A stretch of DNA of 64,000 nucleotides from Squalus acanthias (taxonomy: Eukaryota). The position numbers were made by a program, and so were the translations under genes. Positions 12,468 through 26,391 of this stretch are shown here, one piece after another. The stretch is taken from NCBI GenBank assembly GCA_030390025.1, contig CM059432.1, positions 59,398,001 through 59,462,000 on the forward strand, in the 5' to 3' direction. Each line of letters begins with the position of its first letter. Position 1 is the stretch's first letter. The notes under the pieces were generated by a model. It was not told where the DNA came from. It searched no databases and saw nothing but the letters and a program-made list of their open reading frames with translations.

Positions 12468-14135
12468 CATAAGAATCATGGACTCTTACAGCACAGTAGT
12501 GGGCCATTCGGCCCTTCGTGTCTGTGCCAGCTCTTTGAAAGAGCAGTCCAATGTAGTCCCACACCCCAGCTTTTCCCCCATAACCCTGCAAATTAGTTCT
12601 CTTCAAATAGATGTCCAATTGCCTTTTGAAAGTTCCTATGGAATCTGCTTCCACCACACTTTCAGGTAGTGCATTCCAAATCATAACAACCCTCTGTGTG
12701 AAATCATTTCTCCTCATTTCCCCTCTAGTTCTTTTGACATTTATTTAAAATCTATGACCTCTGGTTACTGACTCACTTAGCAGTAGAAACTGTTTCTCCC
12801 TACTTGCTCTATCAAAACCTTTCTTAATTTTGAATACCTCTATTAGGTCTCCCCTTAACCTTCAAAGCTCTAAGGAGAATAATCACAGCTTCTCCAATCT
12901 CTCCACATAACTGGAGTACCTCGTCTGTACCCTCTCCAAGTGTTTAGCATCCTTCCTAAAGTGTGCTGCCCAGAATTATACACAATACTCCAGCTAAGGC
13001 CTAACCAGTGATTTGTAAAGGTTTAGCATGACATCCTTGTTTTGGTATTCAATTCCCCTATTTACAAAGCCAAATATCCCATACGCTTTCTTAACCACCT
13101 TATCAACTTGCCCTGCCACCTTCAAGGATTTGTGAATATGCACCTCCAGGTCCCTTTGCTCTTGCACCCCCCTCAAAATAGTACCATATAGATTATACTG
13201 TCTCTCCATGTTGTTTTTCCCAAAGTGCATCACTTCACACTTATTGAATTGCATCTGTCATGTGTCTGCCCATTTCACCGGTCTGTCTATGTCCACCTGA
13301 AGACTGCTGCTATCCTGCTCACTATATAATACGTTGCCAAGTTGTGTATCATCCACAAACTTCGAAATTGTACTCCCTATACCCATTCAGAAAAACATCC
13401 GTTCACCACTACACTCTGCTTCCTATCCCTTAGCCAATTACATACCCAAGTTACCACTGTCCCTTTAATCCCATGTGTTTCTATTTTCCGAATAAGTCTG
13501 TTATGTGGTACTTTATCAAATCTCTTTTGAAAGTCCATATATATAACATCTGCTGCACTACCTTCATCAACCCTCTCTGTTACTTCATCAAAGAACTCTA
13601 TTAGGTTAGTGAGACACGATTTTCTTTTAACAAATCCATGCTGGTTTTCCCTTATTAACCAATGCTCCTCCAAGTGAGAATTAATTTTGTCCTTGACAAT
13701 GGTCTCTAGTAGTTTTTCCACCACTGACGTTAGACTGATTGGCCTGTAGTTACCAGGTTTATCCATCTCCCCTTTTTGAACAGGGATGTAACATTTGCAA
13801 TCCTCCAGTCCTCTGGCAGCACTACCATATCTAAGGATGACTGAAAGATTGTGGTCAGAGCTTCTGACATCTCCACAGTTGCTTCTTTCAGCAACCTAGG
13901 ATGCATCCCATCTGGACCGGATGACTTGTTAACTTTGAGTGATGCCAACCTATTTAGCACCTCCTTTCTATCTATTTTTATCCTACCCAATATCTCTACT
14001 CCCCCCTCATCTACTGCAACATTAACTTCATCCTCTTCTTTTGTGAAGACAGATGCAAAGTACTCATTCAGTGCCTCAGTCATGCATCTACAAGATTTCC
14101 TTTTATGTCCCTAATTGGCCCACCATTTTTGAACT
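12468..14135 (-). mobile_element. 5'-truncated, decayed CR1 LINE (RT + 3' end)
   Basis: KSSGPDGMHPR, NYRPISLTS, DFQKRFDKVPH and FTQRVV fragments; cataagaatcatg tail. Confidence 0.9.
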
Positions 14136-14228
14136 ATCCTTTTATGTAGCAAAGTTACCCCATTAAAAAAACTAGTTCTGAATGCAAGCATAAACTGATT
14201 ATATTATGACTACAAAATATTAGGTTCA

Positions 14229-14415
14229 ACAACAACAACAACTTGTATTTATATAGCGCCTTTAACGTAGTAAAACGTCCCAAGGCGCTTCACAGGAGTA
14301 TTATAAGACACAAAATTTGACACCGAGCCACATAAGAAGAAATTAGGGCAGATGACCAAAAGCTTGGTCAAAGAGGTAGGTTTTAAGGAGCGTCTTAAAG
14401 GAGGAAAGAGAGGTA
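14229..14415 (-). mobile_element. L2 LINE 3' terminus
   Basis: (aac)n ttgtatttatatagcgcc tail; ORF end SLKPTSLTKLL resembles the L2 FK..LKT.LF region. Confidence 0.7.
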
Positions 14416-14429
14416 GCGAGCTCACAATA

Positions 14430-14730
14430 ACGCTATGGAACTGAGCCATACTGACTGGATAGGTCTCCAGTTCAATCCCTGGTCTGTGCCAAGTTCCCCA
14501 ATCACATTACAGGCCAGGATAGGGTTGTTACAATTGACCTCAGTGGTCATGGATGGAGAAAACCAACTAGGGTCCGTGCTCCTGATCATTATCTACTGAT
14601 TTCTGCTGGAAAGTGTGCACATGTGGATATCAACTGTAGGTACAATCAGACTCAGCTCTTATTTTCCCTTTTCCCAGTTAAGCCTCCTGCTAACGTTCAC
14701 TGTCTGGCCTCACACAAGGAATGGGAATTT
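14430..14730 (+). mobile_element. tRNA-derived SINE family; other copies at about 5110-5450(-), 20820-21200(-), 39595-39730(+), 50720-50850(+), and 53690-54780(+, split by a MITE)
   Basis: B-box-like gttcaatccc plus blocks shared between copies (ctgtgc..agttagctga, tacaattggcctcagtg, gctcctgat, ctcacaca). Confidence 0.6.
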
Positions 14731-16542
14731 ACTTGTCATCTATTTTTTTTGTATTGCCTCTCCACCTTGCTCTCCTCCTTGAAGAAGTTTTTTAAAACCC
14801 ACCTCTTTGACTACATTTTTGGTCACCCTCCCTACTATTTCCTTTGTTGGCTTGATGTCCATTTTTTGACTATGACTTCGGACTTTGTTTTTACATTAAA
14901 TTACTATACAAATGAAAGTTGTTTTTGTTGTTCCGAAATTCGTATGAAATGTTTGTCAAATTTTTCATTGTTTACGGAGCAAGAAGACCCCAAAAGAACT
15001 ATATGTTGTATTGTCATAATGACATCCAAGTGAAGCCATGATATGTTTCACCATGATATTAAACTGCAGTGGCTGGCCACGAGATGAATCGTTGGGTGGT
15101 AATATTTCCTCTGTGCTGTTGAACCCATCTTCAAAATGGACAGTGGATCTCTGGACACATGCAAAAAGTGAGTAAATAAAGTATTTAAAGTTTTTGAGAA
15201 TTGGGAATAGACATGATTGTCATAAATAAATTAAAATAAAATAAAGTTAAAATAATAAAAATACGTTGCATACTATCTCTAAATCTGTTACAAGTAGGAC
15301 ATTACTTAACTTATATTAACCCAGTTTAGACCAGCTATCTATAAAGTTTAGAAAAAGAGATCCAGAGAACAGAGGCAACAGAAACATACAGGAATTTTCC
15401 TATAAATGTAATGCTCATTCAATTACAATCGACTTGATGTTTCACTAGATAATGAACAGAAAATCTCACAATAGCACTGGTTTAATCAGAAGTGAAGTCT
15501 TCTTTCTTCTTTGTGAACTGGTCTCTCCCCAAACTATTTAACCCAATATAGACCAGCTATCCGTAAAGGTTTAGAAAAGGGATCAGTAGCACTGGTTTAA
15601 TGAGAAGTGAAGTATCCTCAGACTAGGGCACAATCTTCTGATGTTTTAGAAGATCTGGAGCTTGGCTGATTTCCAGTTGGATGGATTTATTTATCTATTT
15701 ATCTCCCATTTGTTTATTACAAAGTTCTGCCAACCTAGACAGTATTATCTGTTTTTCCTTAAAGCAGACATATAAGGGTCAATTTTTACCTGCTTCACCT
15801 GGTGCTAACAGGGCACCTTGAGATTGAAAATGGTGATGCAGTATTTAGCGCCCTGATTGTGCCTCTGTTGGCTCCACTGTCATTTTGATTTCCAGAAGGA
15901 GCCCAGCGGTCCAGGCATCCACCTGTATTAGGCAGCAACAGTATTTAAATAGGGTTCGACTTTGCAGAAAGAACCCCGCTCCAATTTTTAAATAAAAATT
16001 GTCACAGCTGCTCAGTGAAGGACCCGTTCAGGAAAGTGAGCAGCAGGGAATGTAAATATATTTAAAGGGGCACTCACTGAAGTTTATTGCATCATTTAAT
16101 ACATGTGTAAGTAAGCACTGATTATTGCATAGCTTTAAATTCGAAGGAAAGAACTTTTTTCTTGTATTTCTGGGTTTTTAGAATTGAAACAACTGAGTCC
16201 TCTTGAGCATGGGAGTAGTTCTGGCAACTCCTATCTTGGGGGCTGGAGGAGGAAGAGGAACATGAGCAGAAGAAGCAACAGGACAAAGAGGAGCAAGCTG
16301 CCCGGGAAGCTGGTGCAAGAATAGCAAGGAAGGGTCAAAAAAGACGCCAATGTCCACACAATAGGGTCTACAGAAACAAAATACCGTACCTCAATTTCAC
16401 CGAGGAACAATGTGTTTGGAGCCTCCGGTTCAGCCATGAGGCTGTCACTGCCTTGCGTCACTGCAGCCAGACCTGGAGCCCACATTGAGAGGTGGTCATG
16501 CATTGCCTGTGAGCCTCAAGGTTCCGATGGCCTTAATTTTTT

Positions 16543-16631
16543 TGAGAGGTCGCACAACACCAGGTTATAGTCCAACAGTTTTATTTGAAATCACAAGCTT
16601 TCGGAGCTATCGATCGCCCCTTCCTCAGGTG
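16543..16631 (-). mobile_element. Penelope-like terminal fragment inserted in a Harbinger transposase
   Basis: Same family as 8775. It interrupts the transposase between the ALNFF-like and ATGSFQ motifs. Confidence 0.8.
16591..16631 (-). ncRNA. Minimal type I hammerhead ribozyme motif
   Basis: CAC CUGAGGA A GGGGC gaucgaua GCUCC GAAA GC UU GUG. Confidence 0.68.
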
Positions 16632-19600
16632 GCCACTGGTTCATTTCAGGCTACAGCAGGTAACATGGCGCACATCAGCCAGTCAGCCGTAAACTCCTGC
16701 ATTAAGCAGGCTATAGACGTCATCTTCAGAAGAGCTGGCTGTCTCATCAACTTTGCCACAGACAGCAGGAGTTAGTATGAGCAAGCTGTTGACTTTGCAA
16801 CCATCTCAGGCTTCCCCCAAGTGCAGGGAGTCATCACCTGCACATATGTCTCCATCAGGGCACCTCCTCATGAGCCTGCAGCCTTTTTGAACAGGAAGTG
16901 CTTCAATTCAATAAATGTGCAGGTAATCACAGACCATGCAATGCAAATTATGCTTCCGTGCCATTTCTGGGGAGGTTCCATGTTACCATACTGCAACAGG
17001 CCACATTGCCTGCATTTTTACAGAAAGACCAGCATGTGCGTGGATGGCTCCTTGGCGATAAGGGCTATACTCTATCTACATGGCTCATGATACCGCTTCG
17101 GCATCCGCAGTCTCCCGCTGAACACCGCTACAATAATAGCCATGAGAATACCTGTGCTATCATTGAGCAGGTCTTCAGAATATTGAAGCAGTGCTTCAGA
17201 TGCTTGTCCAGTCAGGGGGAGCACTGCAATACAGGCCTCCAAGAGTTTTGCACACGGTGGTAGCTTGCTGCGTCCTGCATGATTTTGCTGTTGAGTATAG
17301 ACAGCTCCTGGCTGTGGATCAGTGAGAAGCCTTGCAGGACTCTGATGAAGAAGAGCTGGAAGAAGAAGGGGAACCCGCAGACCAACAAAATCTTGTAGCG
17401 CAAGAAGTCCGAGAATAAGCAAACAACCAGCGATTCCATTGAACTGAAGCAATCCCCCAAAACACAAAAAGACCGTTCTTCCCTTACATCTAGCCCAGTC
17501 CTCCCATCCTACCCAGACAAATGAAATCACTGCATGAGATGTACAAATGCCACCGCACAATGAAGGCCATGCAGCTCTTAATGAACCAATCTGCACAAAT
17601 TGACAGATAAAAGTCTGATTTTCTGTAATAAACTGAACAAATTCCACAAGTTACTATTCACTCAGGTACTACCCAATAGTGTCTCTCTTAAGTGTGCTTA
17701 TCCTACTGTAGTGGTCTTACGTTGTGCTGTCCCATGGCTTCAGCATGGCTGGTGGAAGGCTGTTGCTGTTGTAATGAGGGCACTGGGGGCCTCTAACTGT
17801 GCAGCTCTGAAAGGGACTGGCTGAAGACTGGCACATCTCAGCTGCTGCCAGGGCACGTGCGTGGGCATTGGCTGAGGGTCTGACAAGGGTGCAGGACGCA
17901 ATGTCTTGCGAAGAGTACGCAGCATCTGCAGCTCCCACAATGCCAACACCACTGCCACTCCCACAGAGCTGCGCAACTTCTCCCCTCCCATTGATCTGCA
18001 TGAGAGCAGACTGCAGGAGGTCAATGACCTGATCAAAGCCACTCTCCATTCGATCCCCAGCCTGTCAATGCTGCTGCACAGCCTTTCCAATCTGGAGGAG
18101 ACAGTAGAAGCCAGAGCCGCAGTGGCAGCAGTTTGGCCTTTGATCAAAGCTGCCATTGGTGGTGACTAGGGATCTTGCATTGCAAGCCTCACTGTAGCTT
18201 CCATAGAGGGCACCACCTGCTCCATGATGGACACAGAGAACTCATGCCTCACACCAGTTTGCCACACATGTTCGAGGTGGACTCCTCCATACTCTCAGCC
18301 ATGATGTCGCAGCTCCTTGGTAGGTTGTCCAATGCATTTACTGTTGGTGCAGTTTCGAGATCCTTCTCTTAAAGTCTGGGACGTTGAAATCTTTATCCCC
18401 ATCCTCTTCAGCAATGGTTGGATCCAGGCTCACCCTCCCGTCACCTCTGTCCTCTGCTGTCCTTCCCACCACTGCCAGCTCCTGCTCATTTGTGATGTGA
18501 ACTTCACCCTGTGCAGACCCCTCCAACTCACTATCATTCCCACCCAGAGCGCTGGTCTCTGAGCTGGTGCGTGCTGAAGTCTGATGGGGTGATGGTGCAG
18601 TCTGGCGAGGCTCTGATTCTGCAGAGGGACCTAGAAGTGTAAGAAACGATGGATTAATGGGGCAGGTTAGGGGGCCTCATACATATTGGAGTGGTGAGGC
18701 ATCAACAATTTGGGCAGCTCCCTGAAAAAGACACACATCAAGGGCAAATAGAAGAAAACAAATTGCAGACAGTCCTTATATGTTACTTCCACCTCAACAT
18801 CCCCAATGCTGACAGGGAGGCCTGTGCCCTGAATATCCAGGACTTTCTGCTCCATTGTACTGAGGACGTGGATGTGAGCAGGCTCTCCACTTGTTCCTGC
18901 CTGCTCCTTGGCATTGTGTACCAACTTGTCCTGCAAAAAGGGGAGCCTATTAGTGAGTGGCTCCATGTAAGGCTTGGGATTTGTTGCGAAGCATGCTGAT
19001 GTGTGACATTGAGCAAGCAGTAGGCAAAATGGGATGGTGTTACAGAGCGGAAAAGTGGCAGGAAGGTGATACGTGGTGGTAAGGAATCGAAAAGAGCGCA
19101 TAGCTTTCCTGGTGCAACCATGTGATGGAAATATGTTGCATGTGCTTGCTGTGAGTGCAACAACAGTTTCTGATAGTTCAGCTGCAAGGAGGAAGTAAGG
19201 CTTAGTTCTCATTGCTCATTAGAATATACACAAAGGCAGAGGGGGATGGAAGTGTTTGGGGTGGTGTAGAAGGTAAATGATGTGGCAAGATGTTATGCAA
19301 AGAAGGAGCCATGACAAGAAATAATTCTTACCTTGGCTGAATGTGTAAAGTCGTTAAATTTCTTGCGGCATTGAAGCCAGGACCCGGGTGTGAGGCCAAT
19401 GCCACTGTCCTGCTCAGTGATGTCCTTCTAGACCTGCCGCAGAGAATGTGAGGAGTCTTTGTTGAGGGGACAGGCCGATGACTAGGCCCGGAGCACCTGC
19501 ATCTTGCACTCAATTTGCTGCTTGATTTTTAGGTGCAAGGCCTATTTCAGGGGCAGGCCTGCACATGGAGTCTCCCAAACCATGTGAATAGCCCAGGGAG

Positions 19601-20249
19601 GATAAACATGGGTAGCTCCCTCCTCACCCGTACAGCTTACTATTCATTAGCACCACAGTGTGCCACAGAAAACTGGGCAAAAAGAGTGGCAACTGGGCTT
19701 TTGCTGTCCAGTTTACTTTTTTATAGAAAAACAGGCAGCCTGCTGAAAGAACAGACTGTCTAGCCAAAAACAGGATGAGTGAAAACTCTAGATATGAACT
19801 GTTCCTTAGGGACGTTTATTAGCAATTAGCTTTAACACATTTAAATATAAGAAACTATGCTTATTTTCTCCAAATAATAGGGGTTTCACCCTTTTGTTAA
19901 GTAAGGACAAATATAATATTTCCAGATATTAACGTTGTAAAGATTTCTGCTTTCTGAGGTGACAGCTATTTGAGTCTAGTGCTCCAATTAGCAAGTTAAT
20001 ATGCAAACAAAGAAAAGAGATTGGCAGCTAAATTGGTGATGGGAAGCCCCAGTGTGTTTAAATTGATGTTGGCTGGGTGTTATCTCAGGCTAAGCAGCTC
20101 TGCTGGTTTTGGAAAAGGCTCCTTCACCTCCCCAGTGCCAAAACAGTACTTCATAGTATGCCCTAGTGACAATTGGTGGAGTTGACCGAGGTGTGATGAC
20201 CTCTGTCTTCAGAAAAATAACATATAATTGAACTTTCTTACACCTGTGG

Positions 20250-20520
20250 CATAGGTCCAGAGTCTGAGATACAGGTTCTGGGAAAATCAGTGATTATAAG
20301 CATAGGCTTATGGAATATGCACTGTTCTTTGTAAGAATGGAATGGAATGCCATACCCGAAATAGTGGTAGAAGCAGAATTTATAATAGCTTTTAAAATGG
20401 AAATGGACAAATATTTGAAAAAGACACATTAAAAGGTTATGTGGAAAGGGCAGCGGAATGGACTAAGTAGAGCTAGCACAGGCAGGATGGACTTTGTAGC
20501 CTCCTTCTGTGCTAGATTCT
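20250..20520 (+). mobile_element. CR1 3' end fragment
   Basis: gtaagaatggaat...gtggtagaagcaga...tttaaaatggaaatggacaaatat...cctccttctgtgct. Confidence 0.6.
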
Positions 20521-21527
20521 AATTTAGATATAATCGTGAGTTACTGTGAACAAAGACAATGATTCGGATATGTGTTACATATTACAGGCAGGTAGTGATA
20601 TTGCATCAGACATATCCATGTGTAACCATGTACAAAGAGGATGCTAAAGTAAGTGAAGTATGATATGGACAGGTCGTGATGCTGAAACCTTTGAGACGTA
20701 ACGCCGTATGTATTGAAATGAGGGTTGATGTAAGCAATTACTGCACTAATATTGATGTTACAGCCATCTAATATCATTTATACCACTAACACCGTTAAAT
20801 GCATTTTTTTCCTCCTCTAAGTTCTCCCCTTAATACTTCGCTGCTGAAGGTGGCAATTTTTGCTGATGTACAGGTCCATGGGCCAGGGTGGTCCTTAGTA
20901 AATCACCCTAGTATTCTTCTTGTGTAAGCCTGGACAGTAAGTGTTAGCAGCCTATTCAAGCACAATCAACCCTAACTCCACTCTCATCTGGTGTCCATAG
21001 ATTTGTACTTCTAGCAGAGGTCACTGGGTAGAGATTAAATGTGTCGGAGTTTTCTTTCCTGGACTATTCCAGTGGGGCACTAAATTGCTGAACCCAATAT
21101 AATGTCCCCACTACTACTCTGCCAGAGATTGGCAAACTCAGCACAGAGTAGATAATTGAACTGAAGCCTTCCAGCTATTTATTGCTGAGCGCACCACCGC
21201 TAATTATAGGAAGAGCCAGAATATAATTTTGTTATTTAGTGGTCTCACATTGATTAATTTATGAAATAGTGCTGATGGGGATTTTTTTTTATTCCAGTTA
21301 ATCCCCAGGATCAGTATATATTTTAATAATTTCTCTATTAAAAATTCCTGCTTTGTTGATGAGGCGATTATTACTAGTACATATAGAACTAGTAATTGAA
21401 TTGGGCAGGTCAGGGAATTATACTCTACCAAGTATCTTTCTGTTATCAGCACTTAGTGGTAAGGATCCATAAATATGTTAAAAGTATCTTCTAAAACATA
21501 GACTGCTAGGAGTGAGTGAGAGATCAT

Positions 21528-22270
21528 GGGCCAAAAATTCATCCCGCGACGCGAGATGTACGCACTGCGTACTCGCACGTATTCTCTCTCCAATTGCTGG
21601 TTTTCTGCATGCCCTGCGCATGCGCTGAAAACCGGCACTTGGTCTTTTGAAAAGGGGGCGGTTCCTCGGTGCATCGCGTGCGCGCTACAGGCTGCGCGCA
21701 CGCTGTGCACTTCATGCTTTGGACGCGCAGGTAAGTACGGAAGATTTTAGAAATGGAAAAAGGAGGAGTAAGACCCACTTTTAACAAGGTAAGTAGTGAA
21801 TTAAGTATTTTTTTGAATTTTTTTTAACAGGTATATCTTTTTTAGAGACTTTAAAGACAGGTAAGTTTATTTTTATAACTTTTTAAAAGATTTTAAATTT
21901 TTTCAAAAATTTAATTTTTTATTTAAAATGGTTAATTTATTTAACTATACTTATTTTATTAATGTGATGGGTTTTTTTTTAAATTTAATTGAGGTTTAGC
22001 TGTTATTTTGGGGTGTGTAAGATTCATAGATTTCACAGCACGTATGTGAAACTTATGAATGGAAGATGGTGTGCTGCCATTGGCTCTAACTGAGTCACGT
22101 GATCCCACAGCTCGCACAAATTCACTACGCCGGTGGGATACGCAAGCACTGCCCAGCTGATGTCTGGAACATCAAGTTCGTGCGAGCTGGATCTGAAAAG
22201 CACAAGCGGAGTGAGAGATCGCGGGGAAGCCTTACCCCCGCGGGAACAGAGCGAGATCAATTTCTGGGCC
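21528..22270. mobile_element. Harbinger-type MITE, TSD CAT
   Basis: cat|gggccaaaaattcatc ... gatcaatttctgggcc|cat (13 of 16 TIR positions match); CpG-rich ends, AT-rich core. Confidence 0.8.
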
Positions 22271-22504
22271 CATGTGTGTGATCTATGCAAGTCATTGTGT
22301 GATCCTGAGTTATTTGGTACTCTTCCCCATACCACAGGATAAATTCCCTATCATCGGTTTGCCATCCAATACATTTGTTTATGTAATTTCAACTATTGAA
22401 CCGCAAACACAAATTCATTGAGGTAGTATGTCATAGAGTCATACAGCACAGAAAGAGGCCCTTCAGCCCATCGTGTCCGCGCCGGCCATCAAGCCCTGTC
22501 TATT

Positions 22505-25330
22505 CTAATCCCATTTTCCAGCACTTGGTCCGTAGCCTTGTATGCTATGGCGTTTTAAGTGCTCATCTAAATGCTTCTTGAATGTTGTCAGGGTTCCTGC
22601 CTCTACCACCCTTTCAGGCAGTGAGTTCCAGATTCCAACCACCCTCTGGGTGAAAAAGTTTTTCCTCAAATCCCCTTTAAACCTCCTGCCCCTTACCTTG
22701 AAACTATGCCTCCTGGTTATTGACCCCTGCACTAAGGGGAAAAGTTCCTTTCTATCTACCCTATCTATGCCCCTCATAATTTTGTACAACTCAATCAGGT
22801 CCCCCCTCAGCCTTCTCTGCTCTAAGGAAAACAACTCCAGCCTGTCCAGTCTCTCTTCATAGCTGAAGCGCTCCAGCCCAGGTAACATCCTGGTGAATCT
22901 CCTCTGCACCCTCTCCAATGCAATCACATCCTTCCTATAGTGTGGCGACCAGAACTGCACACAGTATTCCAGCTGTGGCCTAACTAGCGTTTTGTACAGC
23001 TCCATCATAACCTCCCTGCTCTTCCATTCTATGCCTCGGCTAATGAAGGCAAGTATCCCATATGCCTTTTTAACCACCTTATCTACCTGTCCTGCTGCCT
23101 TCAGGGATCTATGTACATGCACACCAAGGTCCCTCTGATCCTCTGTCCTTCCTAGGGTCCTACCATTCATTGTGTATTCCCTTGCCTTGTTAGTCCTCCC
23201 AAAATGCATCACCTCACACTTTTCAGGGTTAAATTCCATTTGCCACTGTTCTGCCCATCTAACCAACCCATCTATATCGTCCTGTAGCCTGAGGCTTCCC
23301 TCCTCGCTATTTACCACTCCACCAATTTTCCTGTCATCTGCGAACTTACTGATCATACCTCCTACATTCATATCTAAATCATTAATGTACACTACGAACA
23401 GCAAAGGACCCAGCACTGATCCCTGCAGTACACCACTGGACACAGGTTTCCAGTCACAAAAACAACCTTCGACCATCACCCTCTGCCTCCTGCCACTAAG
23501 CCACTTTTTGATCCAATGTGCCAAATTGCCCTGGATCCCATGGGCTCTTACGTTCTTGACCAGTCTCCCATGCGGGACTTTGTCAAAAGCCTTACTGAAG
23601 TCCATGTAGACTACATCAACTGCACTACCCTCATCCACACACCTAGTCACCCCCTCGAAAAATTCAATCAAATTGGTTAGACATGATCTCCCCCTGACAA
23701 AGCCATGCTGACTATCCTTGATTAATCCTTGCCTCTCCAAGTGGAGACTAATTCTGTCCCTCAGAATTTTTTCCAATAATTTCCCTACCACTGATGTTAG
23801 GCTCACTGGCCTGTAATTCCCTGGTTTATCCCTACTACCCTTCTTGAATAATGGTACTACGTTAGCTGTCCTCCAGTCCTCTGGCACCTCCCCTGTGGCC
23901 AGAGAGGTTCTGAAAATTTGTGTCAGAGCCCCTGCAATCTCCTCCCTTGCCTCACACAGCAGCCTGGGATACATCTCGTCTGGGCCTGGGGATTTATCCA
24001 CTTTTAAGCCCGCTAAAACCGCTAGTACCTCCTCCCTCTCAATACTAATTTGTTCAAGTACATCACAATCCCCCTGCCTGATTTCTATGCCTACATCGTC
24101 CTTCTCCATAGTGAACACAGATGTAAAATATTCATTTAAAACCTCACCTACATCTTCCGGCTCTACACACAGATTGCCACTTTGATCCCTAATGGGCCGT
24201 ACTCTTTCCCTGGTTATCCTCTTACCTTTAATATACTTCTAAAACACCTTGGGATTTTCCTTTATTTTGCCCGTCAGTGTTTTTTCATGCCCCCTCTTTG
24301 CTCTCCTAATTTCTTTTTTAAGTACCCCCCTGCACTTTCTATACTCCTCTAGGGCTTCCACTTTTTTTAGTCCTTTGTATCTGCCAAAAGCCTCCCTTTT
24401 GTTTCTAATCCATTCTTGTATATCCCTTGACATCCAGGGTTCCCTGGGCTTGTTGGTCCCACCCTTGACCTTTACGGGAACATGTTGGCATTGTACTCTC
24501 TCTATTTCCTTTCTGAAAGACTCCCACTGCTCTGATGTGGATTTTCCTACAAGTAGCTGATCCCAGTCCACTTTGGTCAGATCCTGCCTTATCATATTAA
24601 AATCGGCCTTCCCCCAATTTAGAACCTTTATTTCCGGTCCATCTTTGTCCTTTTCCATGACTACCTTAAATCTCACCGAATTATGGTCACTGTCACCAAA
24701 ATGCTCTCCTACTGACACTTCTACCACTTGCCCGGCTACATTCCCTAGAATTAGATCCAGTACCGCCCCCTCTCTTGTAGGACTTTCTACATGCTGGCTC
24801 AAAAAGCTCTCCTGGATGCACTTTAAGAATTCCGCACCCTCTAAGCCTTTCACACTCTGACTATCCCAGTTAATATTGGGGAAGTTGAAATCCCTTACTA
24901 TTATTACCCTATTAATTCTACACTTCTCTGAGATTTGTCTACAGATCTGTTCCTCTATCTCCCCCTGACTGTTTGGGGGTCTATAGTACACTCCCAGCAA
25001 AGTGCTTGCCCCCTTTTTGTTTTTAAGTTCTACCCATATGGCCTCATTAGAGGAACCTGCTAAGATATCATCCCTCCTTACAGCAGTAATTGACTCCTTG
25101 ATTAATATTGCGACACCCCCTCCTCTTTTACACCCCCCTCTGTCTCGCCTGCAGATTCTATACCCCGGAATATTGAGTTGCCAGTCCTGCCCCTCCCTCA
25201 ACCATGTCTCTGTGATAGCAACAATATCATACTCCCATGTGTTCATCAACACCTTCAATTCATCTGCCTTACTCGCGCAAGACTCCTTGCATTAAAATAA
25301 ATGCCATCCAGCCTTGCCATACTCCCTTGT
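22505..25330 (-). pseudogene. CR1 ORF2: AP endonuclease + reverse transcriptase; frameshift near 25270 and in-frame stop at 24239-24241
   Basis: YFNARS, AITETW, YYRPP, SDHN, KSPGPD, NYRPVSLTS, DFSKAFDKVPH, QGSVLGPLLF, FADD. The 339-aa and 537-aa ORFs are in the same frame. Confidence 0.93.
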
Positions 25331-25444
25331 GCCATTACATATTTGCTCTGCCTTCCAGGCGGACTTGTTTTTTCCTCTATATTTGGCTGTGCATCACCCC
25401 CTACTATAACTCCACTCCGTATCCCATCCCCTTGCCAAGTTAGC

Positions 25445-26391
25445 TTAAACCCCCCCCCCAACAGTACTAGCAAACCTCCCCGCAAGGATGTTGGTCCCGT
25501 TCTGGTTCAGGTGCAACCCGTCCGACTTGTACAGGTTCCACCTTCCCCAGAAGCAGACCCAGTGATCCAGGAAACTAAAGCCCTCCCTCCTGCACCAAAT
25601 CTTTAGCCACGCATTCATCTGCTCTATCCTCCTATTCCTATTCTCACTAGCACGTGGCACCGGGAGTAATCCAGAGATTACAACCTTTGAGGTCCTGCTT
25701 TTTAATCTGCTACCTAGCTCCCTAAATTCTTGTTGCAGGACCTCATCCCTCTTTCTACCTATGTCGTTGGTACCAATGTGAACCACGACCTCTGACTGTT
25801 CGCCCTCCCCCTTCAGAATGCCCTGCAGCTGTTCAGTGACATCCTTGACCCTGGCACCAGGGAGGCAACATACCATCCTGGAGTCACGTCTGCGGTCACA
25901 GAAACATCTATCTGTTCCCCTTACGATAGAATCCCCTATCACTATTGTTCTCCCACTCTTTTTCCTCCTCTTCTGTGCAGCTGAGCCACTCATAGTGCCA
26001 CGGACTTGGCCCTTGCTGCATTCCCCTGAGAAACCATCTCCCCCAGCAGTATCCAAAACGGAAAATCTGTTGGAGAGGGAGATGGACCCAGGGGACTCCT
26101 GCACTACCTTCCTAGTTCTTTTACTCTGTCTGGCGGTCACCCATTCCCTGTCTGCCTGTGCACTCTTACCTGCAGTGTGACCACCTCGTTAAACGTGCTA
26201 TCCACGAAGATCTCAGTTTCGCGGATGCTCCACAGTGACTCCAGCCGCAGCTCCAGCTCCGAAACCCGGATTTCGAGTAGCTGCAGCTGGAGACACTTCC
26301 TGCACATGTGTTCGCCCTGGATACTGAAAGTGTCCCTGACTGCCCACATAGCACAGGAGGAGCACTCCACGCTGCCGAGCTGCCCTGCCAT
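25445..26391 (-). pseudogene. CR1 ORF1: CxxC...CxxC zinc finger, leucine zipper and SGNH/GDSL esterase; one frameshift near 26140
   Basis: CSSCAMW...HMCRKC, LEIRVSELELRLESL, IVIGDSIVRG, CCLPGARVKDV, VHIGTND, DGLHLN. Confidence 0.9.

Larger units (their letters stand above)
15776..19790 (+). mobile_element. Older Harbinger element: transposase on + (about 16210-17440), three-exon Myb gene on - (about 17690-19500)
   Basis: FLNRKCFNSINVQV, WLLGDKGY, IIEQVFRILKQCFRCL; QCRKKFNDFT then AAG|gtaaga; DKLVHNAKEQ exon. Termini are degenerate. Confidence 0.82.
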
